The notes under the pieces were generated by a model. It was not told the origin of the DNA, did no database searches, and was given only the letters and a program-made list of their open reading frames with translations. A DNA stretch of 64,000 bases from contig SMSO01000025.1 in the NCBI GenBank assembly GCA_004764695.1, forward strand, positions 1,674,001 to 1,738,000, read 5' to 3'. Numbering within the stretch: the first letter of the stretch is position 1; each line of letters starts with the position of its first letter. The DNA comes from Schizochytrium sp. TIO01 (Eukaryota > Protista > Bigyra: Labyrinthulomycetes). Made by a program: the position numbers and the translations under genes. This document shows, piece after piece, positions 23,379 to 33,409 of this stretch.

Positions 23379-25096
23379 GAACACTATCTGTTCAAGAGCA
23401 GGAAAATTTAATTTATAAAAATATAATAACAAAACATAAAACTGCAAGCAAACAAGCAAACACAAAAGTAAGTAGTCGGGTACCTCCATACCTACTTACG
23501 TCCCTGCATTGTACATCCTTTTGTACGTTTGAGAGAAACGTACGAAATGTACGTCTACGATTTTTCTACTACATTAGCTGTAAAAGAAGGCACGCGTTTC
23601 GCAATGCTTGCGAATAAAATAGAACCAGGTAAGCAAAATGAAGCATCCTGTAATGGGCGTCTACAAATAGACCTTTTCCTCAACTCCTATAGTTTGCAGT
23701 ATATTTGCTTAGTAAAGTGACCTTAATCTCTTTTCGCCGTGAATGCTCTTTCAAGGACGTCTTTTGCTCTTGCTTACTGGAGCAGCCTCTGAGCTATTTC
23801 CTTAGGCTTCTTCGCTCTTCCCAGGTTCTCTTTGCTATTAGTCGGATCTAAACCTCATTCTAAATCCGTCATGCAATGTCTTCCGCGATTTCCAAGGAAA
23901 GGCACATTCTTCTTCACCATACGCAGCCTTGGCTTCTCATGGCGCAGTCGGTCAGTTCTGCTTTTTGATTTTTCTTCTTATTTACTTTCTATCTTGAAAG
24001 TTACTATACCTTTCTTGAAAGTTAAAGTAGGCCGTAGTATTTGTCTTGGAATTAACTCGTAAATGTCTTTTCCAAATCCGTCATCCATCGCGTCCTCTTT
24101 TGTAAAGCCTAGTCAACTTAAGGACCAAAGCTTCGAGTCCTCGATACGTTTCTGCTGCAGACATTTCAGTTGGTCTGTGATGAGTATCTCGATCGCCATT
24201 CTATTGGGTTTCTTTGGCACATGCGATTTTCATGCAGTGCAGCTGTAGGCACGTATGTACGAGATGAAGCCCCTCCAGATGCAGTATCAGGTAGTAAGTA
24301 GTAGAGATTCTCTGGCAAGTAGATTCGTTTCTCCGCAAGAGATCACACGCACAACAGTAACTGCGATGTCTTTGGCAACCCAGTTGTGTCTCAGGCGCTC
24401 TTTCGATCTGGCTTGCCACGATCCTTCAATTCGATGTAGCCTAGGCCAGATTGGCATTCAACGAGGTCGCGATGCGAAGTCGCTCAAAATATTTTTTGCA
24501 AGAAACAAATAATTCTCTTTAAAATCAGTATTTGACGCTGTTTTTGTACAGTTATTGCATCCATCCATTGATGCTCCAAATGTGTCAATCGATCACATCT
24601 CTGTAAGACTGTTCACGATTCCTCATGTCAGCAAGTTTATGACTGCTCTACCTTACAGTGTGAAAAGTAAGCTGCAAGCGAGCTTTCATTTCTTGTCATA
24701 GCAAATTGTCTTGAACGTAGGAGATGAATATTATATATTAAAAAGAATTAAGGTAATAACTTGAACCTGAAGAAAAGAGAAGAAAAGAGAAGAAAGAAAG
24801 AACAAAAATTCTCTATGTTTCTTCAACTAAAGGTCTGCTTGTTTTCATTGCTCTATCTCGCTTGAATTCTACATATCTGATTTATTTTAGTCTGATTCTA
24901 CTCGCATTCTCATCCTCTGACCACATTTTGCTGTTACACCCTCCATTGTCCAGCTGATCAGCTGCAGATTCGAGCGCTTATCCAAGTTTCTTGGTCCTTT
25001 CAAAGACAAGTCCATAGTATGAGGTAGGTACCTACCTACTAACGTGACATAGAGTGAATGAAACTAAAATACTAACTAAATCGCTTACTTAGCTAG

Positions 25097-25116
25097 GTAG
25101 GTAGGTACCTACCTAC
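25097..25116. repeat. Palindromic (TAGG)n-TA-(CCTA)n microsatellite; a second copy lies at 25022-25037
   Basis: gtaggtaggtacctacctac is a perfect 20-bp palindrome; aggtaggtacctacct is a 16-bp one. Confidence 0.85.
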
Positions 25117-25591
25117 GTTTCCTTTCCTTTCCTTTCTTCAACACATGTGATTCATCATTCTTTGCTCCTACTAATGCCCTTATTAGTTCATAGAAGTGCT
25201 ACATTTTACCAATGACAACATCTTCTTAACAACTTACATTCTTCGCATAACATTCATTTCTTTCTTTCTTTATTCATTCATTCATTCATTCATTCATTTA
25301 TTCATTCCACATCCATTACCTCACCCACGGCACCTCGATACCCTCCGTGGGTCTCCGAACGGGTGCACAGACCCAAAACAGCTGCACTGCTGCAGCCTTG
25401 GCGCACCGCGACGCTTCTCTCGACTTCTCGTCCAGCCTGTCAAGGGCTCTCTCCTTCTGACAGCGGTCCCGTCGAAAGGACTACAACATCGCTTTCGCTT
25501 TCGCTATTGCATTGCATTGCATTTGCATCGTCGCCAACTGCCCTTTGGTCACAGTGAGAGCACCTTCTTCCTAGGCAAGCGCCTACCCGCC

Positions 25592-28426
25592 ATGTCTCAA
25601 GCTCGTTGCGCGCAACAAGTGCGTGCAGAGCCCCTTGGCAACGACCGCGGTGGTTTCCCCGCAGTTCTTCGCGGTGGACCCCCTGGTGGCGATAACGTCA
25701 GACTTCGTGTGGCAACTCCACCACCACTCCCAAGACCCAACTCTGGCGCTATGCTTGCCAGTGTTGTCACCTCTCGTGCCGCTGCTGCTGTTGCTGCTAC
25801 TGGCACGAGCTCCTCCCCGTTAGATGTTCGTGAGCAACGCAGGCAGAAACTTGTAAACATTATGCTTGACGCGTGGAAGCTTCGTAGCAATCGCGACCAA
25901 GATGGCACCCCCTCGAGTCAATCTGCAAATAATCAGGGGAAAACAGCGCTGTGTGCATCATCGTCATCGTCAAATTCGGTGACAGGGCCATCTTTACAAC
26001 CAAACTCGAGTTCTTCGGGATCGCTGCGGTTATGGGAAAAGCTGACGCTAGCGGCAGCCTTCAGCGATATTGGGTTTGCGCTAGGGGCGTACAAGGGCGG
26101 AGGCCTGCTTGGCCCGCCTCTATCGATTCAGCAAATGTATAATGCCAAAGTAGAGATTATGCCCACACAAACTGCGAGTGAGGGCTTTGAAATTTCCTGT
26201 GGACGTCCAGGTGAGGAGGAGGAACTTGACTCTAGTCTGCAGTTAATTAGTAAGCGTATGCAAGAGATCCTCAGCCGTATCGAGGGAAGATGCCGCATGT
26301 CCGCAGTGCGGTTCTTAGGGTGGATTCTTGGCAAGCTATGGCGCATGGTTTTCGCGTCGATCGAAGTTGATCTTGAAGGAATCCGCCGCGCAAGAAACGC
26401 GCTCGAATCTGCTGCACATCGTGGTAGTGCAGTCATGCTCCTCCCAACCCACCGAAGCCATATTGATTACCTGCTCATGTCATACATTCACTTTGGCTTT
26501 AATCTCCCCGTGCCCCATATCGCTTCAGGTGACAATTTGAACATTCCAGTTATTGGACCCTTGTTTTCTTACTCTGGCGCATTCTTCTTGCGCCGGTCTT
26601 TTCGAGGCGACAACTTGTACAAAAAGGTTCTGTACGGGTACCTGCTCCGCAAGCTCCGCGAAGGCGCACCTGTGGAGGTTTTTATTGAGGGTGGTCGTAC
26701 CCGCACAGGAATGATTAGTGATCCGAAACTGGGCATGATTCTGATGGCCGTTCGATTCGTTCGCGACGGATCTCTAGAAGACGTTACGCTACTTCCAAGT
26801 AGTATTGACTATGAACGAACATTGGAGACGAACGGTCATGTTGATCAAATGTTAGGTGGGAAAAAGAAGAAGGAGTCTCTCGTAGGTACTATTCAATCAG
26901 GGCTCAGCCTTATCATGGGTGGTTCCAACCATGGAAATGTTTATGTCAATTTTGCTGAAGGAATTTCGGTACGTGAGGTGCTTGAGGCTGTAGATAGGTC
27001 AATGGATGTAGGATCTGGAGGGGAAGCAAATCTTTACGTCTCTGAGGAGGTCTACGTAAGCGCTGTTGCCCAGGCAGTAGTGAATGCACAGCGTGATGTA
27101 AGCTACCTTTCACCTGTAGCATTTGTTGCAGCAGCGCTGCTCGGTTCTACAAAACAAGAAAATGACCTCACTGGTTTACTTTCACGAGTTTCATTCTTGT
27201 ACGACCTTGCTCGTGACACAGGTGCTCATATTCCTTCTAGTCTTGACTTTCGGGACCTGAGCAAGTCCTATAAGACGGTAATGCGCGCTTATGAGGTAAT
27301 CAAACCGATGTTAAAGAAACACAAAAACACGCAAAAGGATCTGGATGAGGAAGCGCTTGTAAATTTTGATCTTGAAGAAGAGGCGAGAGTGCGTTTGCGT
27401 TTGCGCTATTCTTGTGGCCAGCTCTTACCCCAGCTCGTGCCGGCATCCGTAGTGGTGACAGCTTTTCAATCCATGACTTCTGCCTATGGTGCAGAGACCC
27501 CCATACGTGCCGAGTCTGTCTTAAAGAGCTCTTCCATCCTTTCAGAAATGGTACGCTCTAATTTTCCTGGAGCACGCTTAGATGCTAATTCGTTCCGATT
27601 TGCTTTGGGCGAACTTATTAAATCTGGAGTGGTTTGCGTCACCCAAACAAACGAGGATGGAAGTCCGACACTGGTTGCATTGGCGGGCGACGAGGTGTCC
27701 CAAGACCACTTGCGAATGCTACGATTACTCGTTGCCCCTGCCATTAGTGCTTGCTGTGCTACTCTTAGTGCAGTAGTGTCTCTAATGCATGATGGGCCAT
27801 TTTCTCGCGATGACCTTCTCGAATCCGCACGTGTTAATGTTATCAATGAAGCCATCAATGGGGCTGTCGAGCGGTTACAGCATGCTGGCACACACGAAGA
27901 CTCGAGCCAATGTTCTGAGGCAAACCCCTCCCCAGAATCACTTTCTAACGTTGAATTACGAGCAGCTATTAAAAACCTGCAGACAATGGGTATTGTCGCC
28001 ACTCCATGCATATATGGATCTATGGGGGCAGGTATGTCATCGCGCCCTTCACTTATGTCAATAGCATCCTCCCGATCTTTTGCATCTCTCAGTAGCAGTG
28101 ATGAGAAAAAATCATCGGATTCGACAAATAGCGATGTTAATCTGCAAAATCAGCTGGAAGTCTGTTCTGCGTACTACAAAGGCGATGGTATGAAATTGTT
28201 AGAAAAACTTTCAACGCTCCAGCGTCATCTGTACCGGGACGAACGTCCATTGACACAGTACGAAGCCATTCTGGCCACTGTATTGAAGAAATTAGCCATG
28301 ACTGTCAAGTCTCCATCAATGGAGCTAATTCCCATGTGGGCTCTGCAACTTGGGGCGATCGCACTTTTGTCTGGTGCCTTTCGTCCACTCATGCGAGCTC
28401 TTCAGCAAGTACATAAACAACAGTAA
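25592..28426 (+). CDS. Glycerol-3-phosphate / dihydroxyacetone-phosphate acyltransferase (PlsB/GPAT/DHAPAT family)
   Basis: Acyltransferase blocks PTHRSHIDY (HxxxxD), IASGDNL, GAFFLRRSF, FIEGGRTRTG and IDYE. First ATG is 25592; the upstream part of the track ORF is microsatellite/UTR. Confidence 0.92.
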   Translation: MSQARCAQQVRAEPLGNDRGGFPAVLRGGPPGGDNVRLRVATPPPLPRPNSGAMLASVVTSRAAAAVAATGTSSSPLDVREQRRQKLVNIMLDAWKLRSNRDQDGTPSSQSANNQGKTALCASSSSSNSVTGPSLQPNSSSSGSLRLWEKLTLAAAFSDIGFALGAYKGGGLLGPPLSIQQMYNAKVEIMPTQTASEGFEISCGRPGEEEELDSSLQLISKRMQEILSRIEGRCRMSAVRFLGWILGKLWRMVFASIEVDLEGIRRARNALESAAHRGSAVMLLPTHRSHIDYLLMSYIHFGFNLPVPHIASGDNLNIPVIGPLFSYSGAFFLRRSFRGDNLYKKVLYGYLLRKLREGAPVEVFIEGGRTRTGMISDPKLGMILMAVRFVRDGSLEDVTLLPSSIDYERTLETNGHVDQMLGGKKKKESLVGTIQSGLSLIMGGSNHGNVYVNFAEGISVREVLEAVDRSMDVGSGGEANLYVSEEVYVSAVAQAVVNAQRDVSYLSPVAFVAAALLGSTKQENDLTGLLSRVSFLYDLARDTGAHIPSSLDFRDLSKSYKTVMRAYEVIKPMLKKHKNTQKDLDEEALVNFDLEEEARVRLRLRYSCGQLLPQLVPASVVVTAFQSMTSAYGAETPIRAESVLKSSSILSEMVRSNFPGARLDANSFRFALGELIKSGVVCVTQTNEDGSPTLVALAGDEVSQDHLRMLRLLVAPAISACCATLSAVVSLMHDGPFSRDDLLESARVNVINEAINGAVERLQHAGTHEDSSQCSEANPSPESLSNVELRAAIKNLQTMGIVATPCIYGSMGAGMSSRPSLMSIASSRSFASLSSSDEKKSSDSTNSDVNLQNQLEVCSAYYKGDGMKLLEKLSTLQRHLYRDERPLTQYEAILATVLKKLAMTVKSPSMELIPMWALQLGAIALLSGAFRPLMRALQQVHKQQ

Positions 28427-28771
28427 GATCTTTAACTCTAGTTCTAGTTAATTTTATATCTGGATATTTCTATCATGTTATTTAAAATTGATATATATTG
28501 GGGACAGAGATGGACCCTAAGAAAAGTGGCTTTTCCAAGATGAGATTTTTCGATAAATTAGCCTCGGTTACTCCCTTCTTTTCTTGTTTTTTCTCTCTAC
28601 TGCTTGAAGTAGGGGAACGTCGAAGGCGCGAGGGGTTGGAAAAGGTAGTTTGGTTCTTCTTTAAAACCTTTAAAACGTTGCAAGGGCTCAAGAACTACAA
28701 CATACGCCCAAAACTTCTTAAAGATACAAACACACAAAAAGATAAAAAGTTGAATAGATGAATGGCAACAA

Positions 28772-30199
28772 CTACTTCATACTGTCCAATGAGCTTGCGC
28801 TACTAGTAGGCATTCGTGGTAGCTTGAACCCAGAAGAAGCAGAGCTTCCACTACTTTCTCGGCTTTTTCGATCTGCGTCTAGCATTCGTCGTCGCTGTTT
28901 TTGACTCATTTCGTCGCCAAGAACTTTGTTCGCCTTATCAGGAATGAATTGTGTAGCCCCTGCGAGCTCAAGCAACTTGGCATTGCCCTTTAACTCAGAA
29001 GGAACAAGCATCATTGAACCTGTAGGGTCTTTGTCTAGAACTTGCTGAAGATTCTCCTTAGCCTGCTTTTCTCGATCCTTTGCATTCGCAGCTTCAGCCT
29101 TTCGCATGGCTAAAATCTGGGTATCTTTCATCTCTGACCCGCGTCGATCCATTACTTTCTTTGGCAAGAGCTTTTCATCTCCTGTAAGCTGAATTGTTTT
29201 CTTTGAAATCGTCATTTGCTTCGTAATTTGATTTCTAACTTGACCCATGAGTTTTTCATCATCAGCGCCGCCGAGTTTCTCCACAGCTTTAGCGTTGACC
29301 CTTGTTTTGGATCTTACTTCTGATAATTCAGGATTATCATCAGGATCCATATCAAGAATACGGTTGAGTTCGTTGCGGGCGCGATCTGCACGAGCCTGAG
29401 CTTCCCTTTCTTCAGCTCTCATCATGGCCACCCGCTGGTCACGTGTCATTTCGGCATCACCAAGACGCTTTACAGCTTTCTCTGGCATGATGAAGGCTTC
29501 TCCCAATCGACCCAACACCTTGGGTGTGATTTTTGTCTTTGTGTCTACATATCGTCGAGCACCTGCGTCAAGCTCATCGTCACCTAGCATATCGAGAACC
29601 TTTGCGTTAACCTTAACCTTCATATTAAGCAGGCCTGGTTGATCTTCAATTGCTATTTCCATCAGCTTTCGCTTGAGATCATTACCTTGGTACAACTTTT
29701 TAAGATCCTGCTTGAGTGCATGCGGGGTTTCTGCTTCACCTGGGTTCTCTCTTTCGATATCGACTGAATTAGATTTTATGGCGATCCTTTCTGAGTCATC
29801 AGGTGGTAAAATCTCATCAGCACCTTCTATCTCGGTTTCGCAATCATTCTTGGCTACAGGCTCCTGCTTTGTCTGATCGTCATCTGCTTGAGTTTTCTCC
29901 TCGTCATCATCAACAGGATCAGCCTTATATGACACCTTTGAAGGGGACTTCGAAGCGTTCTCTTCATCTTCCTCCGAAATCTCAAATTCATCCTCGGTAA
30001 AGTCTGGGTCTTCTGTGTAAATTTTCGCTGCATCCGGGTTCTCTTGGATCTGTTGTTCCCTCGTAGTCATCAACTCGTTGACTTTTTTATTGTACTCTGC
30101 CGAGAGGTGCGAGTAGAGCTCCTTAATCTCACTTTTGGATAAAGTTGCTTCTTGTTCTTGTGCTTTGCAAGCCTCTAACGCGCTTGCTCCAGCACCCAT
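28772..30199 (-). CDS. Uncharacterised protein with predicted N-myristoylation (MGAGAS), acidic linker and ~2.5 internal repeats of about 100 aa
   Basis: 475-aa ORF from the first ATG (30199); Gly2/Ser6 myristoylation consensus; recurrent K-[AV]-x-x-x-L-G motifs. Confidence 0.8.
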   Translation of the reverse strand: MGAGASALEACKAQEQEATLSKSEIKELYSHLSAEYNKKVNELMTTREQQIQENPDAAKIYTEDPDFTEDEFEISEEDEENASKSPSKVSYKADPVDDDEEKTQADDDQTKQEPVAKNDCETEIEGADEILPPDDSERIAIKSNSVDIERENPGEAETPHALKQDLKKLYQGNDLKRKLMEIAIEDQPGLLNMKVKVNAKVLDMLGDDELDAGARRYVDTKTKITPKVLGRLGEAFIMPEKAVKRLGDAEMTRDQRVAMMRAEEREAQARADRARNELNRILDMDPDDNPELSEVRSKTRVNAKAVEKLGGADDEKLMGQVRNQITKQMTISKKTIQLTGDEKLLPKKVMDRRGSEMKDTQILAMRKAEAANAKDREKQAKENLQQVLDKDPTGSMMLVPSELKGNAKLLELAGATQFIPDKANKVLGDEMSQKQRRRMLDADRKSRESSGSSASSGFKLPRMPTSSASSLDSMK

Positions 30200-31873
30200 G
30201 TTTAGTTTTCCACCACTGCTGCTGACGCACCCCTTCGTCAACTCGCGTAGCACCCAAGGTTGGCACCAGAGGCGCAGCAATAGCACCCGCTGGTATCAAC
30301 TGCCGGAGTCGAGCAACACGCGCTGCGGTGGGTATTGCCTCTTTAAAGGTCACCTGCTCCAGGACCGTATCTGGGAACGAGAATGTACTTTAGAAAGGAA
30401 ATGCTTCTTGCCCTGAAAGTACACACACGCTCTCAAGCACTTCTACAAGACGAGACAAAGCCACCAAGTACACCTTACAAACGCATTAGTTTTCTTTAGT
30501 TTGCTGTAGGACCATTCTTCTTTTAAAGACGCAAAAACTTTAAGTCAACTTTTTCAAACAGAGTGGTGGTAAGCTTGCAAATAAAACCGCAGGCCCGGCT
30601 GCAATGTTCAAAGCAGTAACTCTTGTATCGATTGTAATCAGTCATATCTACACAAAAAAGAATGGTCAGTCATTTAATATTGACCAACTTGAGTGGAACC
30701 GCGAGACGAATTAAAAGGAACAAAAAGGGATTTTAACGCTCATATTGGTATAGGAGGTCACAAGAATTGATTTGTAGCAAATTTGTGTTGATGCTCCACC
30801 GATACAGCGACCTCTTTTATTTAAAAATAAACTAAAAATATCAAGTGAGATAAATTCAAGTGAAGGCTAGAAAAACCGAGGACGGCATCAGTCATTCAGA
30901 ATAAACAAACATTTCATTTATACGGCTGAAAGCTTGAATCTAACTTCTCCCTGGATCTGAAGTTTCGTGAGTAGTTCGGCAAGGGAAAAGGCATCTTGAA
31001 CATCATAATAACAAATTGATCTTACAAAATCTCCGCGCTTTGAAAGAAAAAAGTCTCCAAATAGTGGAGTTACAAATAAAGTGGAAAAGAAGGTTGCGCA
31101 TCACTCTTTTGCAAATTGATTGATATAATTCATTTATATGAATCAATGTTCCAGCACACTTTCGACGATTCTCTGCATTCTACTACCCTTGGGTCATTCC
31201 CAAGTACCTACATTTTAAATGTTGAGAAGGATAAAGCTGCTGCACCATCATAATAGCATAAAACGGCAGTAAGCCTACTTGCTGTTGTTGTACACAAATG
31301 AAGAAGAAGTCTATTTTTCAAAGAATCATATATAAAACTCTATATAATATATATATTATTTATATTAAAAACATTTAAAAACTTTCAAGTACCAAAACTA
31401 GTTGAACGACAGTTACTATAGTTGTAGGTCATTCATTCAACGGATCGTTTGAACACTGATACGCAAAGTTCTGCTCCGATTTTGACAAAGCTAAATTTCT
31501 AATTTTTCTTTTATTGGCGAATCAACGCCACTCTGACGTGGCTTCATGGGTGTGTATTGTAATTCTCTTTATCCAAAAGAACGCGCTAGATTTAGCGCAT
31601 GAGTCAAGAAGGGCGTGACTCGAAAGCATCACCGATATACGTTTTCATCAAAAATACCTTAAAAACTATATATGCAAAGTATATTGAAATCTTGACAAAT
31701 ATTAGGAGAAAAAGAAAACGGGCGCTGATATTCAAAGAGCTTGCTCATTAATGAGTCAGCATCTCTGTGCATCACAACTGTATATCGTTTGTTGCCTGTA
31801 CGGCTTGTTGCAAGCACAGCAAGCCTTCTGCGCTGTGTTCAACTTGCAAAGACTCTATTTCCTTACGTAAAGA

Positions 31874-33205
31874 ATGCGAAGGAGCCAAGCAGATGGCACA
31901 GAAAGCAAATCCGACCCGCAGCAGGACATAGGCAGCGCGAGTAATAACGGAGATTCACGAGATGAGACCCCTGTCCGAGCAACGCGGGTTTCCAAAGGGT
32001 TTTATAGCCCTGCCCGTCGCGCTCGGGTGGATAACTCACAGGGTGTAGACCCAAGTACTATCCGCTTCCGCACTAATTTTCGAAACACCATCTATCATGT
32101 GATGGTGAAACGTGGCTGGAAAGAGACAGATTCGGATATGGACTGGGACATTCATTGGTCAGACCGTGACTGGATTGTTGACCACTTTGACAATGCTCAT
32201 TTTGAAACGTGGCAGCGAGTCAATCATTTTCGCAATGACCGGGAGCTTTGTCGGAAAGATCTTCTGATTAAAAACCTAAAGCGGCAAAAAAGGCATCTAG
32301 AACGCGAGGGGAGTCCGGAAGCAGCCGATTTTGATTTTTTCCCCGATACATTTGTCTTACCGCGAGAGTATGCAATCTTTGTTGAGACATTTAAGAAATC
32401 TGGCAATACAACTTGGATTATGAAACCTATTGGTCGATCACAAGGCAAAGGCATCTTTCTTTTTCGTAATCTAAACGACATTCGGAAATGGAAATCTGAG
32501 ACAAGGTGGAAAGCTGACAACTCAGACGTGGAGTCATATATTGTACAAAGATATATTAGCAATCCATACCTCGTAGGTGGGAAGAAATTTGACTTACGCA
32601 TATATGCACTTGTTACCTCGTATACACCTTTAGTGGTTTACCTGCATCGAAGTGGTTTCGCTCGCTTTAGTAATGCACGATATTCCTCTTTAGCAAGCGA
32701 TATGGCAAATCAGTACGTTCATCTGACGAATGTTGCAGTTCAAAAGTCAGCAGACAACTACAACAAAGAAACAGGAGGCAAATGGGGATTGCGAGACCTC
32801 AAGCTCTATCTCATGTCCAGGCATGGAGTTGAACGAACAAACGAAGTTTTTACAGATATTGAACGTATCATCCTACGAAGCATCCAAAGTGTGCAAAAAG
32901 TAATGATTCATGACAAACACTGCTTCGAGCTCTATGGATATGACATCATGATTGACGATCAACTAAAGCCATGGCTAATAGAGGTAAATGCTTCTCCTTC
33001 GCTTGCAGCAAACACTGATGAGGATTTCAGTTTAAAGTTTCGTTTGCTGAGTGACATGTTTGATATTGTTGATATGGAGGGTCAGCGTACGGGAGATGAG
33101 ACGCGCATCGGTGGCTTTGATTTAATTTACAAGGGACCTGATGGAGTTTGCGGCGCGGCAAATCAAAATGGCCAGTACACATCAATGCTGGGCTGTGAGA
33201 CTTGA
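31874..33205 (+). CDS. TTLL9: Tubulin polyglutamylase TTLL9
   Basis: TTL domain with IRFRT..NTI..V..RGWKE, RVNHFRN..EL.RKDLL.KNLKR, WIMKP..SQGKGIFLF, KFDLRIY, HLTNVAVQK, CFELYGYD and WLIEVNASPSL; the N-terminal pattern is typical of the TTLL9 subfamily. Confidence 0.88.
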   Translation: MRRSQADGTESKSDPQQDIGSASNNGDSRDETPVRATRVSKGFYSPARRARVDNSQGVDPSTIRFRTNFRNTIYHVMVKRGWKETDSDMDWDIHWSDRDWIVDHFDNAHFETWQRVNHFRNDRELCRKDLLIKNLKRQKRHLEREGSPEAADFDFFPDTFVLPREYAIFVETFKKSGNTTWIMKPIGRSQGKGIFLFRNLNDIRKWKSETRWKADNSDVESYIVQRYISNPYLVGGKKFDLRIYALVTSYTPLVVYLHRSGFARFSNARYSSLASDMANQYVHLTNVAVQKSADNYNKETGGKWGLRDLKLYLMSRHGVERTNEVFTDIERIILRSIQSVQKVMIHDKHCFELYGYDIMIDDQLKPWLIEVNASPSLAANTDEDFSLKFRLLSDMFDIVDMEGQRTGDETRIGGFDLIYKGPDGVCGAANQNGQYTSMLGCET

Positions 33206-33409
33206 CAATCTAAATTTGCGAATATAAAAATACCTTCTCTCTAAGTATCTATCTTTATTGCTCTTTCTTTTTCTCTAAATTAATTTTTAAAAAGGGAGAA
33301 AAGATCAGGTGAGTGTATCCGGCTAAATGCTAAATTAGTTACCCAGTGTAATGATGAGAGAGGTTTGTGACCACTACTACAAGGTAAACGTCAATATTAT
33401 ACCTTGGCA

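Noticed and set aside
25196-25591. N-terminal extension of GPAT in the ORF track
   Set aside because: Starts at GTG and translates a (TTCA)n microsatellite and UTR-like sequence; the first ATG is 25592.
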